From: Alphaproteobacteria bacterium
GTDB lineage: Bacteria > Pseudomonadota > Alphaproteobacteria > UBA8317
Reading direction: 5' to 3'
Assembly (NCBI GenBank): GCA_038131935.1
Contig: JAYPQH010000032.1
Coordinates: forward strand, 160,001 to 224,000
Length of the DNA stretch: 64,000 bases
Shown in pieces: positions 43,196 to 53,527 of the stretch (positions are counted from its first letter, which is position 1; each line of letters opens with the position of its first letter). The position numbers and the translations under genes are program-made. The notes under the pieces were generated by a model. That model saw only the letters and a program-made list of their open reading frames with translations. It was not told where the DNA came from and did not search any database.

Positions 43196-44416
43196 ATGAC
43201 CCATGAAATGGCCCTTGAAGGTCTTACAGTTCTTGATCTCAGTCGCGTACTTGCTGGCCCTTGGTGTACACAGACACTTGCTGACTTGGGCGCGGAAGTC
43301 ATCAAAGTTGAAAAACCGGGACAAGGAGATGACACGCGGGGATGGGGTCCACCCTTTTTGGATGGAACCACAGATGCTGCTTATTTCACTTGTTGCAACA
43401 GGAACAAGCACTCAGTGGCCATTGATTTTTCAACAAAGGAAGGTAGCGAGCTGGTTCGAAAACTTGCAAAAAATGCGGATATCTTGGTTGAAAATTATAA
43501 GTTGGGTGGGCTTAAAAAATATGGGTTGGATTATGCTAGCCTAGCAAAAGAGAACCCGGCACTGATTTATTGTTCCATTACTGGATTTGGTCAGACTGGT
43601 CCTTACGCGCATCGTGCTGGCTATGATTTTTTGGTTCAAGGCATGAGTGGCATGATGAGCGTTACGGGTGCCCCAGACCATTTAGAAGGTGGGGGTCCTG
43701 TCAAAGCAGGTGTTGCAATTTCTGATTTGTTTACAGGACTTTACGCAACAACAAGCATCTTGGCTGCGGTACAGTACCGACATAAAACAGGCAAAGGACA
43801 ACATATCGACTGTGCACTACTGGACTGCCAAGTTGCCTTGATGGCCAATCAGGCGGCCAACTATCTGGTTGGAGGAATGGTACCTGGTAGATTTGGTAAC
43901 AATCATCCAAATGTTGTTCCCTATCGTGTTTATCAGGTCTCAGATGGCTATATCATTATCGCTTGTGGAAATGATGGACAATTTCAAAGATTATGTGATG
44001 CATTAAACATACCAGAACTTCACGGGGATGCACGTTTTTTGACCAATGCACTACGTATCATCAACCGGGATGAACTGGACCCGTTAATCGAGAATGCTAC
44101 GAGAAAGTTCACCAAAGATGAAGCTTTATCAAAACTTGAACAGCATCAGGTACCTGGTGGTCCCATCAATGATCTACCAGATGTTTTTGCGGACCCGCAT
44201 ATACAAGCCAGATCTATGCAGCAAACATTGACAAGACCCGATGGAACAGATGTCACAGTCGCATCTTTTCCGGTAAAACTGTCAGAAACTCCCGCTGCCC
44301 ATCGTAGTGCACCCCCACAACTAGGAAACGCTACCTTTGATGTTTTGCGCGACAAACTTGGTATCACACCAGAGGATCTAAAAGAATTGGCCGAGGGTGG
44401 TTTAATCCAAGGTTAA
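43196..44416 (+). CDS. Family III (CaiB/BaiF) CoA-transferase
   Basis: DLSRVLAGPW, GDDTRGWGPPF, NRNKHS, AGYDF, GNNHPNVVPY. Confidence 0.92.
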   Translation: MTHEMALEGLTVLDLSRVLAGPWCTQTLADLGAEVIKVEKPGQGDDTRGWGPPFLDGTTDAAYFTCCNRNKHSVAIDFSTKEGSELVRKLAKNADILVENYKLGGLKKYGLDYASLAKENPALIYCSITGFGQTGPYAHRAGYDFLVQGMSGMMSVTGAPDHLEGGGPVKAGVAISDLFTGLYATTSILAAVQYRHKTGKGQHIDCALLDCQVALMANQAANYLVGGMVPGRFGNNHPNVVPYRVYQVSDGYIIIACGNDGQFQRLCDALNIPELHGDARFLTNALRIINRDELDPLIENATRKFTKDEALSKLEQHQVPGGPINDLPDVFADPHIQARSMQQTLTRPDGTDVTVASFPVKLSETPAAHRSAPPQLGNATFDVLRDKLGITPEDLKELAEGGLIQG

Positions 44417-44417
44417 A

Positions 44418-45431
44418 TCAGCGTAATCCTGGCTTGCCACGTGTGGTTGAATGTTCATGATGAAGCGCAACATCTGGATAGATATGATGAAAAGCTTGAT
44501 GACAAGCTTGGGTTGCTTCAGCAAAACCTGTAAGGATCAGCTTAAGTTTATGAGGGTATCGAGCGACATCTCCTACAGCATATATGCCTGGGATGTTTGT
44601 GGTCATTGTTTCTGAATCAACAACCAATCCACCATCGATGATCTCAAAGCCCATCCCTTCAAGGTCTGACATATCATGTTTCAAGCCATAAAAAGGCAGA
44701 AGAATATCAGCTTCAAGAAGTTTTTCCTCATCTGCTTGTTTGATGCCGACATGCGTCAAGATTCCACTCTCTCCATGAACAGAAGATAGTTGTGCAGGAA
44801 CATGCATGCTAATCACATCATCAGCAGCTAATTGCTTCATCTTTTGAACCATAGATGGAGCAGCACGGAAACGATCGCGACGATGAACAACGTGAAGTTT
44901 TTCAGCGTATTCACTCAGAAGCACTGCCCAATCTACAGCGCTATCCCCACCGCCAGCGATGACAACTTTTTTATTCTTGAATATTTGTGGTTGGGTTACT
45001 GAATATCGAACATGTTCCGGCTCATATTGCGTTAACCCTACAAGAGGTGGCCTGTTTGGACCAAATGCACCTGCACCTGCAGCCACTATAATTGTTTTGG
45101 CATGGACATAAGTCCCGTCGTCTAAACTTATTTCAAAAAGTTCAGGTATTTTGTGTATTTTTTTTACCCGTCGGCGCAACAAGAAATGCGGTTCAAAAAC
45201 TTGTGCCTGACGGTGCAAGCGCTCAATCAATTCGCCTCCGGTTACGGAAGCAAAAGCTGGAATATCATAAATCGGCTTGGTCGGGTACAATGCTGCACAT
45301 TGCCCTCCTATTTCATCCAAACCATCAACGACCACGCAGTTGAGCCCAAGTTGTCCAGCGGCGAAGACGGAGAATAACCCAACCGGCCCCGCTCCAATAA
45401 CAGCCATATCAAAAATTTTTCTCTGTTCCAT
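44418..45431 (-). CDS. Thioredoxin reductase-like ferredoxin--NADP(+) reductase
   Basis: GAGPVGL, GGQCAALYP.KPIYDIP, GGGDSAVDWA, KLKLIL.GF.E, HEHST. Confidence 0.88.
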   Translation of the reverse strand: MEQRKIFDMAVIGAGPVGLFSVFAAGQLGLNCVVVDGLDEIGGQCAALYPTKPIYDIPAFASVTGGELIERLHRQAQVFEPHFLLRRRVKKIHKIPELFEISLDDGTYVHAKTIIVAAGAGAFGPNRPPLVGLTQYEPEHVRYSVTQPQIFKNKKVVIAGGGDSAVDWAVLLSEYAEKLHVVHRRDRFRAAPSMVQKMKQLAADDVISMHVPAQLSSVHGESGILTHVGIKQADEEKLLEADILLPFYGLKHDMSDLEGMGFEIIDGGLVVDSETMTTNIPGIYAVGDVARYPHKLKLILTGFAEATQACHQAFHHIYPDVALHHEHSTTRGKPGLR

Positions 45432-45576
45432 GGGCTTGATGTAATATGCTTTGGTTGTTTTGGCTACGGGGAAAATATTTTGCCTGAGGGGAAGATGATG
45501 ACAGGACAAGTACTTAGACCGTATAGCGTTGTCTTAAGTATCATAAGAAAAAAAGCGACATAAGGATGAGCATGTC

Positions 45577-46425
45577 ATGAAAGAATTTGTGATCACCATT
45601 TCATGTGACGATCAGGTAGGTATCGTTGCTGGCCTCACAACAGAAATATCAGCTCAACGTTGGAACATTACAGACAGTGCACAATTTTGGGAGCAAACCA
45701 GCAACCAATTTTTTATGCGCATCGCCTTTGCTGCAAAAGATAATGTTGAGAGAATAGATGTGGAGCGAATATTAACGCCGGTTGTCAATCGATTTGGAAT
45801 GAGCATCAAAATCCATGATCTCTCCGAAAAACAACGTATTGTGATCATGGTCTCCAAATTTGATCATGCCCTTCGTCATTTGCTGTATCAAGTTCAAGTA
45901 GGTTGGCTAAATGCTGAAATTGTCGCTATTGTATCCAATCACGAAGATGCGCAAGCTATAGCAGAAAATGCCGACATTCCATTTTACCATATGCCCATCA
46001 ACAAACAGAATAAGGCTGAACAAGAAGCCCAATTCCTTAATCTGTTATATGAATTGAGAACCGACGTCGTTGTACTTGCGCGCTATATGCAAATCTTATC
46101 GCATGACCTTTGCAATCGCCTCTATGGGAAAGTTATCAATATCCACCATTCATTTTTACCTAGCTTCAAAGGGGCAAAGCCCTATCACCAAGCTCATGCG
46201 CGGGGTGTAAAGATTATAGGAGCCACCGCTCATTATGTGACCACTGACCTTGATGAAGGTCCGATTATAGAACAAGAAACCATAAGGGTTAAACATTCAC
46301 ATACCGCTGAAGATTTGCTTGCCCATGGCAGAGATATTGAGGCGAGGGTATTGTCACGTGCTGTCAAATTACATGTGGAAGGGCGGGTCTTAATAAATGG
46401 TCACACAACAATTGTTCTTGAGTGA
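45577..46425 (+). CDS. purU: Formyltetrahydrofolate deformylase
   Basis: ACT domain, LARYMQILS, INIHHSFLPSFKGAKPYHQA, LDEGPIIEQ. Confidence 0.95.
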   Translation: MKEFVITISCDDQVGIVAGLTTEISAQRWNITDSAQFWEQTSNQFFMRIAFAAKDNVERIDVERILTPVVNRFGMSIKIHDLSEKQRIVIMVSKFDHALRHLLYQVQVGWLNAEIVAIVSNHEDAQAIAENADIPFYHMPINKQNKAEQEAQFLNLLYELRTDVVVLARYMQILSHDLCNRLYGKVINIHHSFLPSFKGAKPYHQAHARGVKIIGATAHYVTTDLDEGPIIEQETIRVKHSHTAEDLLAHGRDIEARVLSRAVKLHVEGRVLINGHTTIVLE

Positions 46426-46432
46426 GCCACAT

Positions 46433-46463
46433 AAAAAGCCTTCGCTAATTTGATAGCGAAGGC
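46433..46463 (-). terminator. Rho-independent terminator between convergent purU and ABC ATPase genes
   Basis: AAAAA-GCCTTCGCTA-ATTTGA-TAGCGAAGGC; 10-bp stem with U tail on the minus strand. Confidence 0.75.
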
Positions 46464-46534
46464 CGTGGAAAGCCCAGGAAAATCTGGGAGAAACATTGCG
46501 CCATAGACTTTAATCCAGGACAAATACCTTCATA

Positions 46535-47587
46535 CTAAGCATGCTCAGCTTGAATTTCTTCAATTGTCGGACGTTTCATGCCGCGTATAAGATCTGCGAT
46601 AGACAATACCCCAACCCGTTGATTGCTCCGGTTATGTATCACAGCATGTTCAACATTATTCTCTGCAAAAAATTGCAACGCTTGTTCTAAAGTCGTGGCA
46701 CCGCTCATTGAGGGCCCTTCTACACTGGGGTCGTCTGCATGCATAATGGCACGGACACGCAAAACACGAGCCCTGTTAATGTCTTTCATAAAGTCAGCCA
46801 CATACGCATCGGCTGGTTTCATCAAAATATTTTGTGGATCATCAGTTTGAATAATCATCCCATCGCGCAAGATGGCGATGTTATCGCCTATTCTCAGCGC
46901 TTCATCTAAGTCATGCGTGATGAAGACGATGGATTTATGAAGCTCTTCCTGCAAATCAAGCAAGATATCTTGCATCTCAGTCCTGATGAGTGGGTCTAAA
47001 GCAGAAAAGGCTTCATCCATCAACAAAATATCGGCATCTGTTGTTAACGCACGTGCCAAACCCACCCGTTGCTGCATACCACCTGATAATTGGGCAGGAT
47101 AGTAATCTTCATACCCAGATAGGCCAACACGCGAAATCCAACGTTCCGCACGCGTACGGACATCATCTCCTTTGAGACCTTGAATATTCAAACCGAAGGA
47201 AACATTTTCGATGACTGTCCTATGAGGGAAAAGCGCAAATTTTTGAAAAACCATTGAGATTTTATGACGCCTTAAATCACGCAACTCATTTTTGTTCATG
47301 CCTAGGACATTGATGTTATCAATGATAATTTCCCCGCTGGTGGGTTCAATCAACCTGTTAATATGACGGATAAGGGTGGACTTCCCAGAACCAGATAGTC
47401 CCATGATAACTTGTATTTGATTACGAGGCATCTCCAAGTTGATGTCACTTAATCCCAATACATGACCGGTCTTTTCCAGCAATTCATCCTTTCCAACACC
47501 ATCTTGTACAAGCTCAAGTGCTTTTTGAGGATTCGGACCAAAAATTTTGTATAAGTTTTTAATGGTAATGATACTATCCATGCTCAA
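46535..47587 (-). CDS. proV: Glycine betaine/proline-type ABC transporter ATP-binding protein
   Basis: GLSGSGKST, LSGGMQQRVGLARAL, MDEAFSALDPLIR. Confidence 0.9.
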   Translation of the reverse strand: MSMDSIITIKNLYKIFGPNPQKALELVQDGVGKDELLEKTGHVLGLSDINLEMPRNQIQVIMGLSGSGKSTLIRHINRLIEPTSGEIIIDNINVLGMNKNELRDLRRHKISMVFQKFALFPHRTVIENVSFGLNIQGLKGDDVRTRAERWISRVGLSGYEDYYPAQLSGGMQQRVGLARALTTDADILLMDEAFSALDPLIRTEMQDILLDLQEELHKSIVFITHDLDEALRIGDNIAILRDGMIIQTDDPQNILMKPADAYVADFMKDINRARVLRVRAIMHADDPSVEGPSMSGATTLEQALQFFAENNVEHAVIHNRSNQRVGVLSIADLIRGMKRPTIEEIQAEHA

Positions 47588-48467
47588 TGACCCATTTCCT
47601 GATGCTTCTGCAATCTTTTTCCAAGTCTTTGCGTAACACGGTCAAAAATAATCGCGAGCGCAACAATGGCCAAACCATTCATCAGCCCAAGGGCTAAATA
47701 CTGGTTAGAAATTGCCTGTAAAACAGGAATGCCAAGTCCTTTCACACCAATCATCGATGCAATCACAACCATGGACAAAGCCATCATAATGGTTTGGTTT
47801 ACACCTGCAAAAATGTTTGGAAGCGCCAATGGAATTTGGACGCCTACAAGTCTCTGATAAACACTCGCACCAAATGCATCAGCAGCTTCAAGCACTTGTT
47901 TGTCAACAAGCCGAATACCTAAGTTGGTTAAGCGAACAATAGGTGGAAGCGCATAAATACACACAGCCAAAAGACCAGGGACCTTCCCAATCCCCAACAA
48001 CATCACCACGGGTATCAAATATACAAATGAGGGTATGGTTTGCATAACATCCAATATAGGTGTGATGATACCCTGCAAGCGATCTGAGCGCGACATTAAA
48101 ATGCCGATAGGTATGCCCACCCCAATACAGATCATGGTGGCCACTGAAATCATGGCCAATGTGGATAAAGTGTCTTTCCACATACCTAAATAACCAATGG
48201 CGAGAAAGCAGACAACGGACCCCAATGTCACGAACTTACTTCGTGAGCCTAACCATGCCAACAAAGCCACACCGACTATGACAACAGGCCAAGGTGCCGC
48301 CAATAAAAGCTTTTCTAGCCAAATCAAAAATTGCAAAAGTGGATCAAAGAAATCCTCTAGTGCCTCACCATAGGCCCTGGAAAATTCTCTGAAGCCCCGT
48401 CGATATCACGACGCAGTTCCATAAGATCACGTCGCCCCATAGCTGGGAAATCGTCAAAAAAACTCAT
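47584..48467 (-). CDS. proW: Glycine betaine/proline-type ABC transporter permease (split near 48400)
   Basis: LDVMQTIPSFVYLIP, RLTNLGIR, GVNQTIMMALSMVV; upstream fragment starts MSFFDDFP. Confidence 0.88.
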
Positions 48468-48491
48468 AAAATCCTCTAAATTTTGAGTTAA

Positions 48492-48514
48492 GGGGTGGCT
48501 TACACGGCCACCCC
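48492..48514 (-). terminator. Intercistronic hairpin after the ABC substrate-binding gene
   Basis: GGGGTGGC-N7-GCCACCCC inverted repeat. Confidence 0.6.
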
Positions 48515-48538
48515 CTCTGTCTGGTTTGACTTGGTAAA

Positions 48539-49555
48539 TTACAGAGCAGCTTTGATTTTCTTTGCTGCGTCTTCACTCACCCAAGTTGTCCAGATGTCTT
48601 CATGCTTCACCAAAAACTCTATGGCTGCATCAGCACCATTCGCTTGATTGTCTGTCATGAAGACCAACATGCTGTTCATGACATCACCAGGATACGTCCT
48701 CTTTGCAAGGTAAGCCGCTGCGTCTCCGCCACGGTTTGCAAAATCCGTTGTAATGATCGAACGCACCTCTGATTTTGTCCAACTTGAAGGCTTTGGATTT
48801 GCACATTCTTGTTCTGGTTTAACAATACAACCATCCCAGTTTTCTGCGCCAGCCCACTTTGCTTCAAAAGGCAACATTTGAAGATTATACTTGCCCACAA
48901 CCGCAGTTGGGTTCCAATAATAACCAAACCAATATTCACCTCTGTTCGCCGCCTTAGCAATAGAACCATCAAGGCCCGCAGCTGAACCTGGGTCAACCAA
49001 AACCCATCCTTTGGCTTCCATATCGAACGCGCGATAGAGGTTAGCATTGGCAAGTTGGCAACCCCAACCAGCTGGGCATCCCATGAACGCGCCTTTGCTA
49101 TTGTCTTCAGCATAAGGGAACAGATCCGGACGCGCGAGTACTTTTTCCACTGTATCTAACTCAGGATGATCCTTACGGAATTTCGCGGTCACCCACCAAC
49201 CTTCGCCAAGACCTGTGATAGGTGCTCCATTAATTCCTTGTAAACGACCCTCATTGATCGCTTTCTCCAGAGGTCCTCGGTATGCATTAACCCACATCTC
49301 TGGTGCAACGTCTGGCTTTGCCTTTTCATTCATGGATGTGAATGTTGGCATCGTATCCCCAGGAATAACGCTTGCGTTACACCCATAACCTTCTTGAAGA
49401 ATAAATTGATCAACATTGGCCATCAGCTGTGCTGAGGCCCAGTTCATTTCCGCAATTGTGATATCACCACAGTCTGCGCGCGCAATGTCAGCCGTAGATA
49501 GGCTCACGGTTACGGCAGCCGCGCACAAAATGGCGGTTCCGGTTACCCGTTTCAT
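48539..49555 (-). CDS. Quaternary amine (betaine-type) ABC transporter substrate-binding protein
   Basis: Signal peptide, MNWASA, GCPAGWGC, GYYWNPT; AAGGAG RBS before ATG 49555. Confidence 0.87.
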   Translation of the reverse strand: MKRVTGTAILCAAAVTVSLSTADIARADCGDITIAEMNWASAQLMANVDQFILQEGYGCNASVIPGDTMPTFTSMNEKAKPDVAPEMWVNAYRGPLEKAINEGRLQGINGAPITGLGEGWWVTAKFRKDHPELDTVEKVLARPDLFPYAEDNSKGAFMGCPAGWGCQLANANLYRAFDMEAKGWVLVDPGSAAGLDGSIAKAANRGEYWFGYYWNPTAVVGKYNLQMLPFEAKWAGAENWDGCIVKPEQECANPKPSSWTKSEVRSIITTDFANRGGDAAAYLAKRTYPGDVMNSMLVFMTDNQANGADAAIEFLVKHEDIWTTWVSEDAAKKIKAAL

Positions 49556-49971
49556 ATGTGTCTCCTTTTGTTCACACTCTGATTTCACAAGGTTCGAAAA
49601 AATCTGCTCGACAGAACAGTTAAGGTGAAAAACTGCTGCACCACCACAAACAGATCCCAACACAAACCTCGAAGTAACATCCCACCAGGGACGCGCGCTT
49701 ATCTAAACATGCCAAGAAAGGAATTGCAAATTTTAACCTAAAGCTATGAAAAGCAACATAATTATGCCATCAGAAACCAAAATGGGATGCATAGTGCGAT
49801 AATAACAGCGATTACGCGCAAACGAGTTGATGACAAAACAGGTTCCCCCGTGCAGAATTCAAGCATGAGTAGTGAACAATTTCAGCGCTTATGCCAATTA
49901 TCCTAAAGTATGCAAGATCAGTCTTAACCACGTATTTAAATTGAATTTTTCAAAAAATTTTTTACAAAAAA

Positions 49972-50424
49972 TCAATGAACACGGCGCGCATGCGCGGTGA
50001 AAACAACATAATCACCACGCATTCCGCGCTTAATAACACTTCCTTGGGAAAAAGACCAAATGGAGGTAACGACAGCCCCTAGAAGAGCAGATATGCGAGG
50101 TAGAGTTGCGGCAGATGAGCGCAAGTCTAACATGCTTGCCTCATCCAATGCGAGACAAACTTTATCTTGTACAATCATTGGCATAAAACCATGGGCATCA
50201 TCCCCTGATCGGACAAAAACTAGGCACCATTTTTCGACAGTTGCGTTTGGCTCTTCATAAACGTCCTGTAAATCGATGGGGGCGTTCTCTATCAACGCAA
50301 TGATTGCTTTATCGATAATATCATGTCCCTTTGCTTTACCATAAACATGGATACCTTCGAATCTAGGCAACAACATTCCCAAATCTCGCTCGTGAACCAT
50401 TTCTTTTTCTGGGTTCTCCGCCAA
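49972..50424 (-). CDS. Hypothetical protein (~150 aa)
   Basis: Open frame with GGAG RBS before TTG at 50424; no recognised motif. Confidence 0.55.
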   Translation of the reverse strand: MAENPEKEMVHERDLGMLLPRFEGIHVYGKAKGHDIIDKAIIALIENAPIDLQDVYEEPNATVEKWCLVFVRSGDDAHGFMPMIVQDKVCLALDEASMLDLRSSAATLPRISALLGAVVTSIWSFSQGSVIKRGMRGDYVVFTAHARRVH

Positions 50425-50487
50425 ATTAATCTCCAACTTTTATCACATTTTGATGAACATACCCTCACCAATCAAAGGGGTATTGGG

Positions 50488-52088
50488 TTAAGATATCATA
50501 GAAAACGTTTCTGCCGAGGCGCGCTTCCAAAAAAGGCTCCATTCAACCGGCACTGTATCCTCTTGCAATAAACATCCCTCAGGAATTGATGGATATATAT
50601 CTTCGTAGGTGGCAATATGCTGCGGAGCAAGACGTCGATGTATCAAACGCGGGCTGATATCACTTGGACTATCCAGTCCCATAGCACCTACAATAGACAG
50701 AAAATTGTTAAGTGTTTCAGAATGAAAATTGTATGCACGCTCAGCTTTTTCAGATACATCCAACCATTTGTAAAGCCTAGGGTTTGTTGTTGCGACACCA
50801 ACGGGACAGGTATTTTTATTGCACTGTTTTGATTGAATACATCCTACAGCCATCATCATCGCACGCGCACTGTTACAAAGATCCGCCCCCAGTGCGAGCT
50901 TTCTTACCATATCAAAACCTGTGGCAATTTGGCCGCTCGCGATAATACGAATTTGCTCACGGATACCAAATCCAACCAAACTGTGATGCACGAATGCGAG
51001 TGCATCATCTAAAGGCATACCTATATGATTGGCAAATGCCGCGGGAGCAGCACCTGTTCCGCCCTCACCTCCATCAACCGTAATAAAATCAGGAAAAATC
51101 TGCTCAGCAACCATGGCCTTACACAGTGCCAAGAATTGACTTCTCATGCCTATACAAAGCTTAAACCCAACTGGCTTTCCCCCTGATAGCTCTCGCAATT
51201 GCCTTATGAAGTGACATAACCCCTTGGGATCATCAAACATCTGGTGATGTGCGGGTGAATGAACATCTTCTCCCATTTTCACCCCACGCAATCGTGCTAT
51301 TTCCGGTGTAATTTTACCTGCTGGTAGCAAACCACCATGGGCAGGCTTTGCGCCTTGCGATAGTTTGACTTCTATCATCACGATTTGTGGCATAAGCGCC
51401 TTTTCAGCAAATCTCTTCGGACAAAATAAGCCTGTATCAGGGTTACGGACGCCAAAATATGCTGTCCCAATTTGCAAACAAACATCCCCACCCATCAAAT
51501 GATAGTCACTTAGCCCCCCTCACCTGTGTTGTGAAAAAACGCACCTTTTTTCGCAGCAAGGTTTAAAGCTTTCAAAGCCGCAGGAGATAGCGCTCCATAA
51601 GACATAGCTGAAATATTTAGACGTGAGGCCGTGTAGGGGTGCTGACAATCAGCCCCTCCGATTTTCACGCAAGCCTCATTAAGATCAACAATTTTTGGTG
51701 CGAGTGAATGCGATACCCATTCATAACCAGACATGTACATATCACGATCTGTACCAAATGCTATCGTATCATTTACCCCTTTTGCACGGCGGTAAATCAA
51801 TGACCTTGTTTCCCGGTCAAACGGCCGTTCACTCTTATCATCTTCCAGAAAGTATTGTCTTATTTCAGGGCGGAAAAACTCCAGAATGTAGCGAATATGT
51901 CCTAGGACAGGAAATGTCCTCAACAGCGTGTGTTTGGTTTGAAATAGGTCATGCAAAGCAATGCCCAAAAGCACAAATACAAGAGCAAAAAACCAAAAGA
52001 TATGTGCTTGTTGTATCAACAACCAAAAGAAAACAAATGTTAATACAACAGCAAAACCGGCATACCATGTAAGACGCGATTCCATCAC
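50488..52088 (-). CDS. FMN-binding glutamate synthase family protein with N-terminal TM segments (split near 51515)
   Basis: NISAMSYGALS, HNTGEGG, KLSQGAKP, DGGEGGTGAAP, GCIQSKQCNKNTCPVG. Confidence 0.88.
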
Positions 52089-52187
52089 AAAGCCCCCATG
52101 CTCACTGAATAAATTTTAGAAAAAAGCTAAAAACAATTTATTTTTTGACATTAGCATAGGTGAAGATGAAATGTCAGTTTCAATCCA

Positions 52188-52882
52188 TCATTCTCGACGC
52201 AAGACATGATCAACAATATGGTTTGCCCAGCGTTGTGCAAGAAACTTTTTTTTCAACGCATCAGGATCATAATGCTCCTCCAACCAGGTTTCGAAGCTAA
52301 CCCCTTGGCGTGCAAACTTAGCGTAATCTGCGACGAAAGCATCCAATAAACCAGTCTTAGCCTGCCGAAAATGACCAAACCGCAATGATAGTTGTGCAGC
52401 GGCCTCTTCTGGTTTTGAGGATTTTTGCGTCAATAAATACAATGCTGCGCCGAGACCAGCACGATCGGCACCAGATTTACAATGCATAAAAGCGGGAAAG
52501 TAATCTCCTGAAGAAGCCCAGAAAATTTCTGCACATCACCAACTTGCGGCACATCACGTGACCTCAAACGAAAATCTACCAATGTTAACCCAAGCCGATG
52601 ACAAGCCTCTGCTTCCAATTGCCAAGTCCCATCATCCCGCGGTCCTCTTAGGTTGATGATGGTACGAACTCCTTTTTCAGCTAGCCAACGTATTCTTCGG
52701 GGTCCAGGTTGATTTCCACGCCACATTTTGTCGTCAATTTTGGCAAAATTTGTCCAGAACCAACCTCTGAGAAACCCATGATCTGTCATCACCAGGTCCC
52801 ACCAATCACGCAAGCCATTGCGTTGGTAGCTTCGATCAATATGTGGAATAAATTCAGGAGAAAAATTATTCATGGCCATCAA
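52188..52882 (-). CDS. Cys-based protein tyrosine/dual-specificity phosphatase family protein (split near 52492)
   Basis: WRGNQP, TIINLRG, HCKSGADR (CX5R) loop. Confidence 0.83.
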
Positions 52883-53451
52883 ATTTTTTCAGAGACCTTT
52901 ATGGCAAATCTACATCCAGCCTCAATAAGCCCACGAACCACGCCAAACATCGGAACATCCTGGGCACCATGGGCAAGGGCCAAATCACGGTGTTCTACTT
53001 CCTCTGATTGGAATTGCGTAAGCTTTTCTGCCAACTCTTCATCACCTTCTTGCCTCACAGTAACGATTTGCTCTTCATAATGGTGATCAATGACAGTCTC
53101 CACCGCGGCGGTACAAGCATGCGCCATTTTAGGTCCCCATAGGGCTGTTCCTAAGCCCAAAACGGTACCTGCAACTTTCCATATTGGCTGTAACATTGTG
53201 GGAGCAACATCATGCTTTGGCAACGTTTTCTCAAAATGCTTGAGGTGTGCAACTTCCTGATGATGCATATGTTGCACCTGCCCCAATGTGGCTTTGGCAT
53301 TTCGATGCACGGCAAGGCCAGCAAGCTGTCCCTCATAAATACGCACAGCGCCCAATTCACCCGCATGATCAACACGAAGCATCTCTTTTAGCCTCTGCTG
53401 CTCATGAAATCGCGACCTGGGGATCTTGAGTTGTTTCCTTATTGTATTCAT
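52879..53451 (-). CDS. coq7: Demethoxyubiquinone hydroxylase (di-iron)
   Basis: RVDHAGELGAVRIYEGQ, EVAH, AVETVIDHHY, EEVEH. Confidence 0.92.
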   Translation of the reverse strand: MNTIRKQLKIPRSRFHEQQRLKEMLRVDHAGELGAVRIYEGQLAGLAVHRNAKATLGQVQHMHHQEVAHLKHFEKTLPKHDVAPTMLQPIWKVAGTVLGLGTALWGPKMAHACTAAVETVIDHHYEEQIVTVRQEGDEELAEKLTQFQSEEVEHRDLALAHGAQDVPMFGVVRGLIEAGCRFAIKVSEKI

Positions 53452-53527
53452 TTACTCCTCTGGAAAAATCTCATAAGCCTTATGTCCACATAGTGCATAT
53501 GCAAGCAATCAGCAAATAGGTAACCAG

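Noticed and set aside
48539-49555. Naming the binding protein TmoX or a DMSP-specific protein
   Set aside because: It does not resemble TmoX as I recall it, and ligand specificity cannot be assigned by eye.
49585-49610. GGTTCGAA as a tRNA T-loop
   Set aside because: No T-stem or cloverleaf around it.
1197-52882. Fifteen split genes as pseudogenes, programmed frameshifts or phase variation
   Set aside because: Most are repaired by one base in a short homopolymer (e.g. 12660, 14555, 23770, 26238, 30985, 48400, 51515, 52492) or one TC unit (42900); both halves keep intact motifs and functions are unrelated. This fits long-read indel errors, though reads are needed to prove it.
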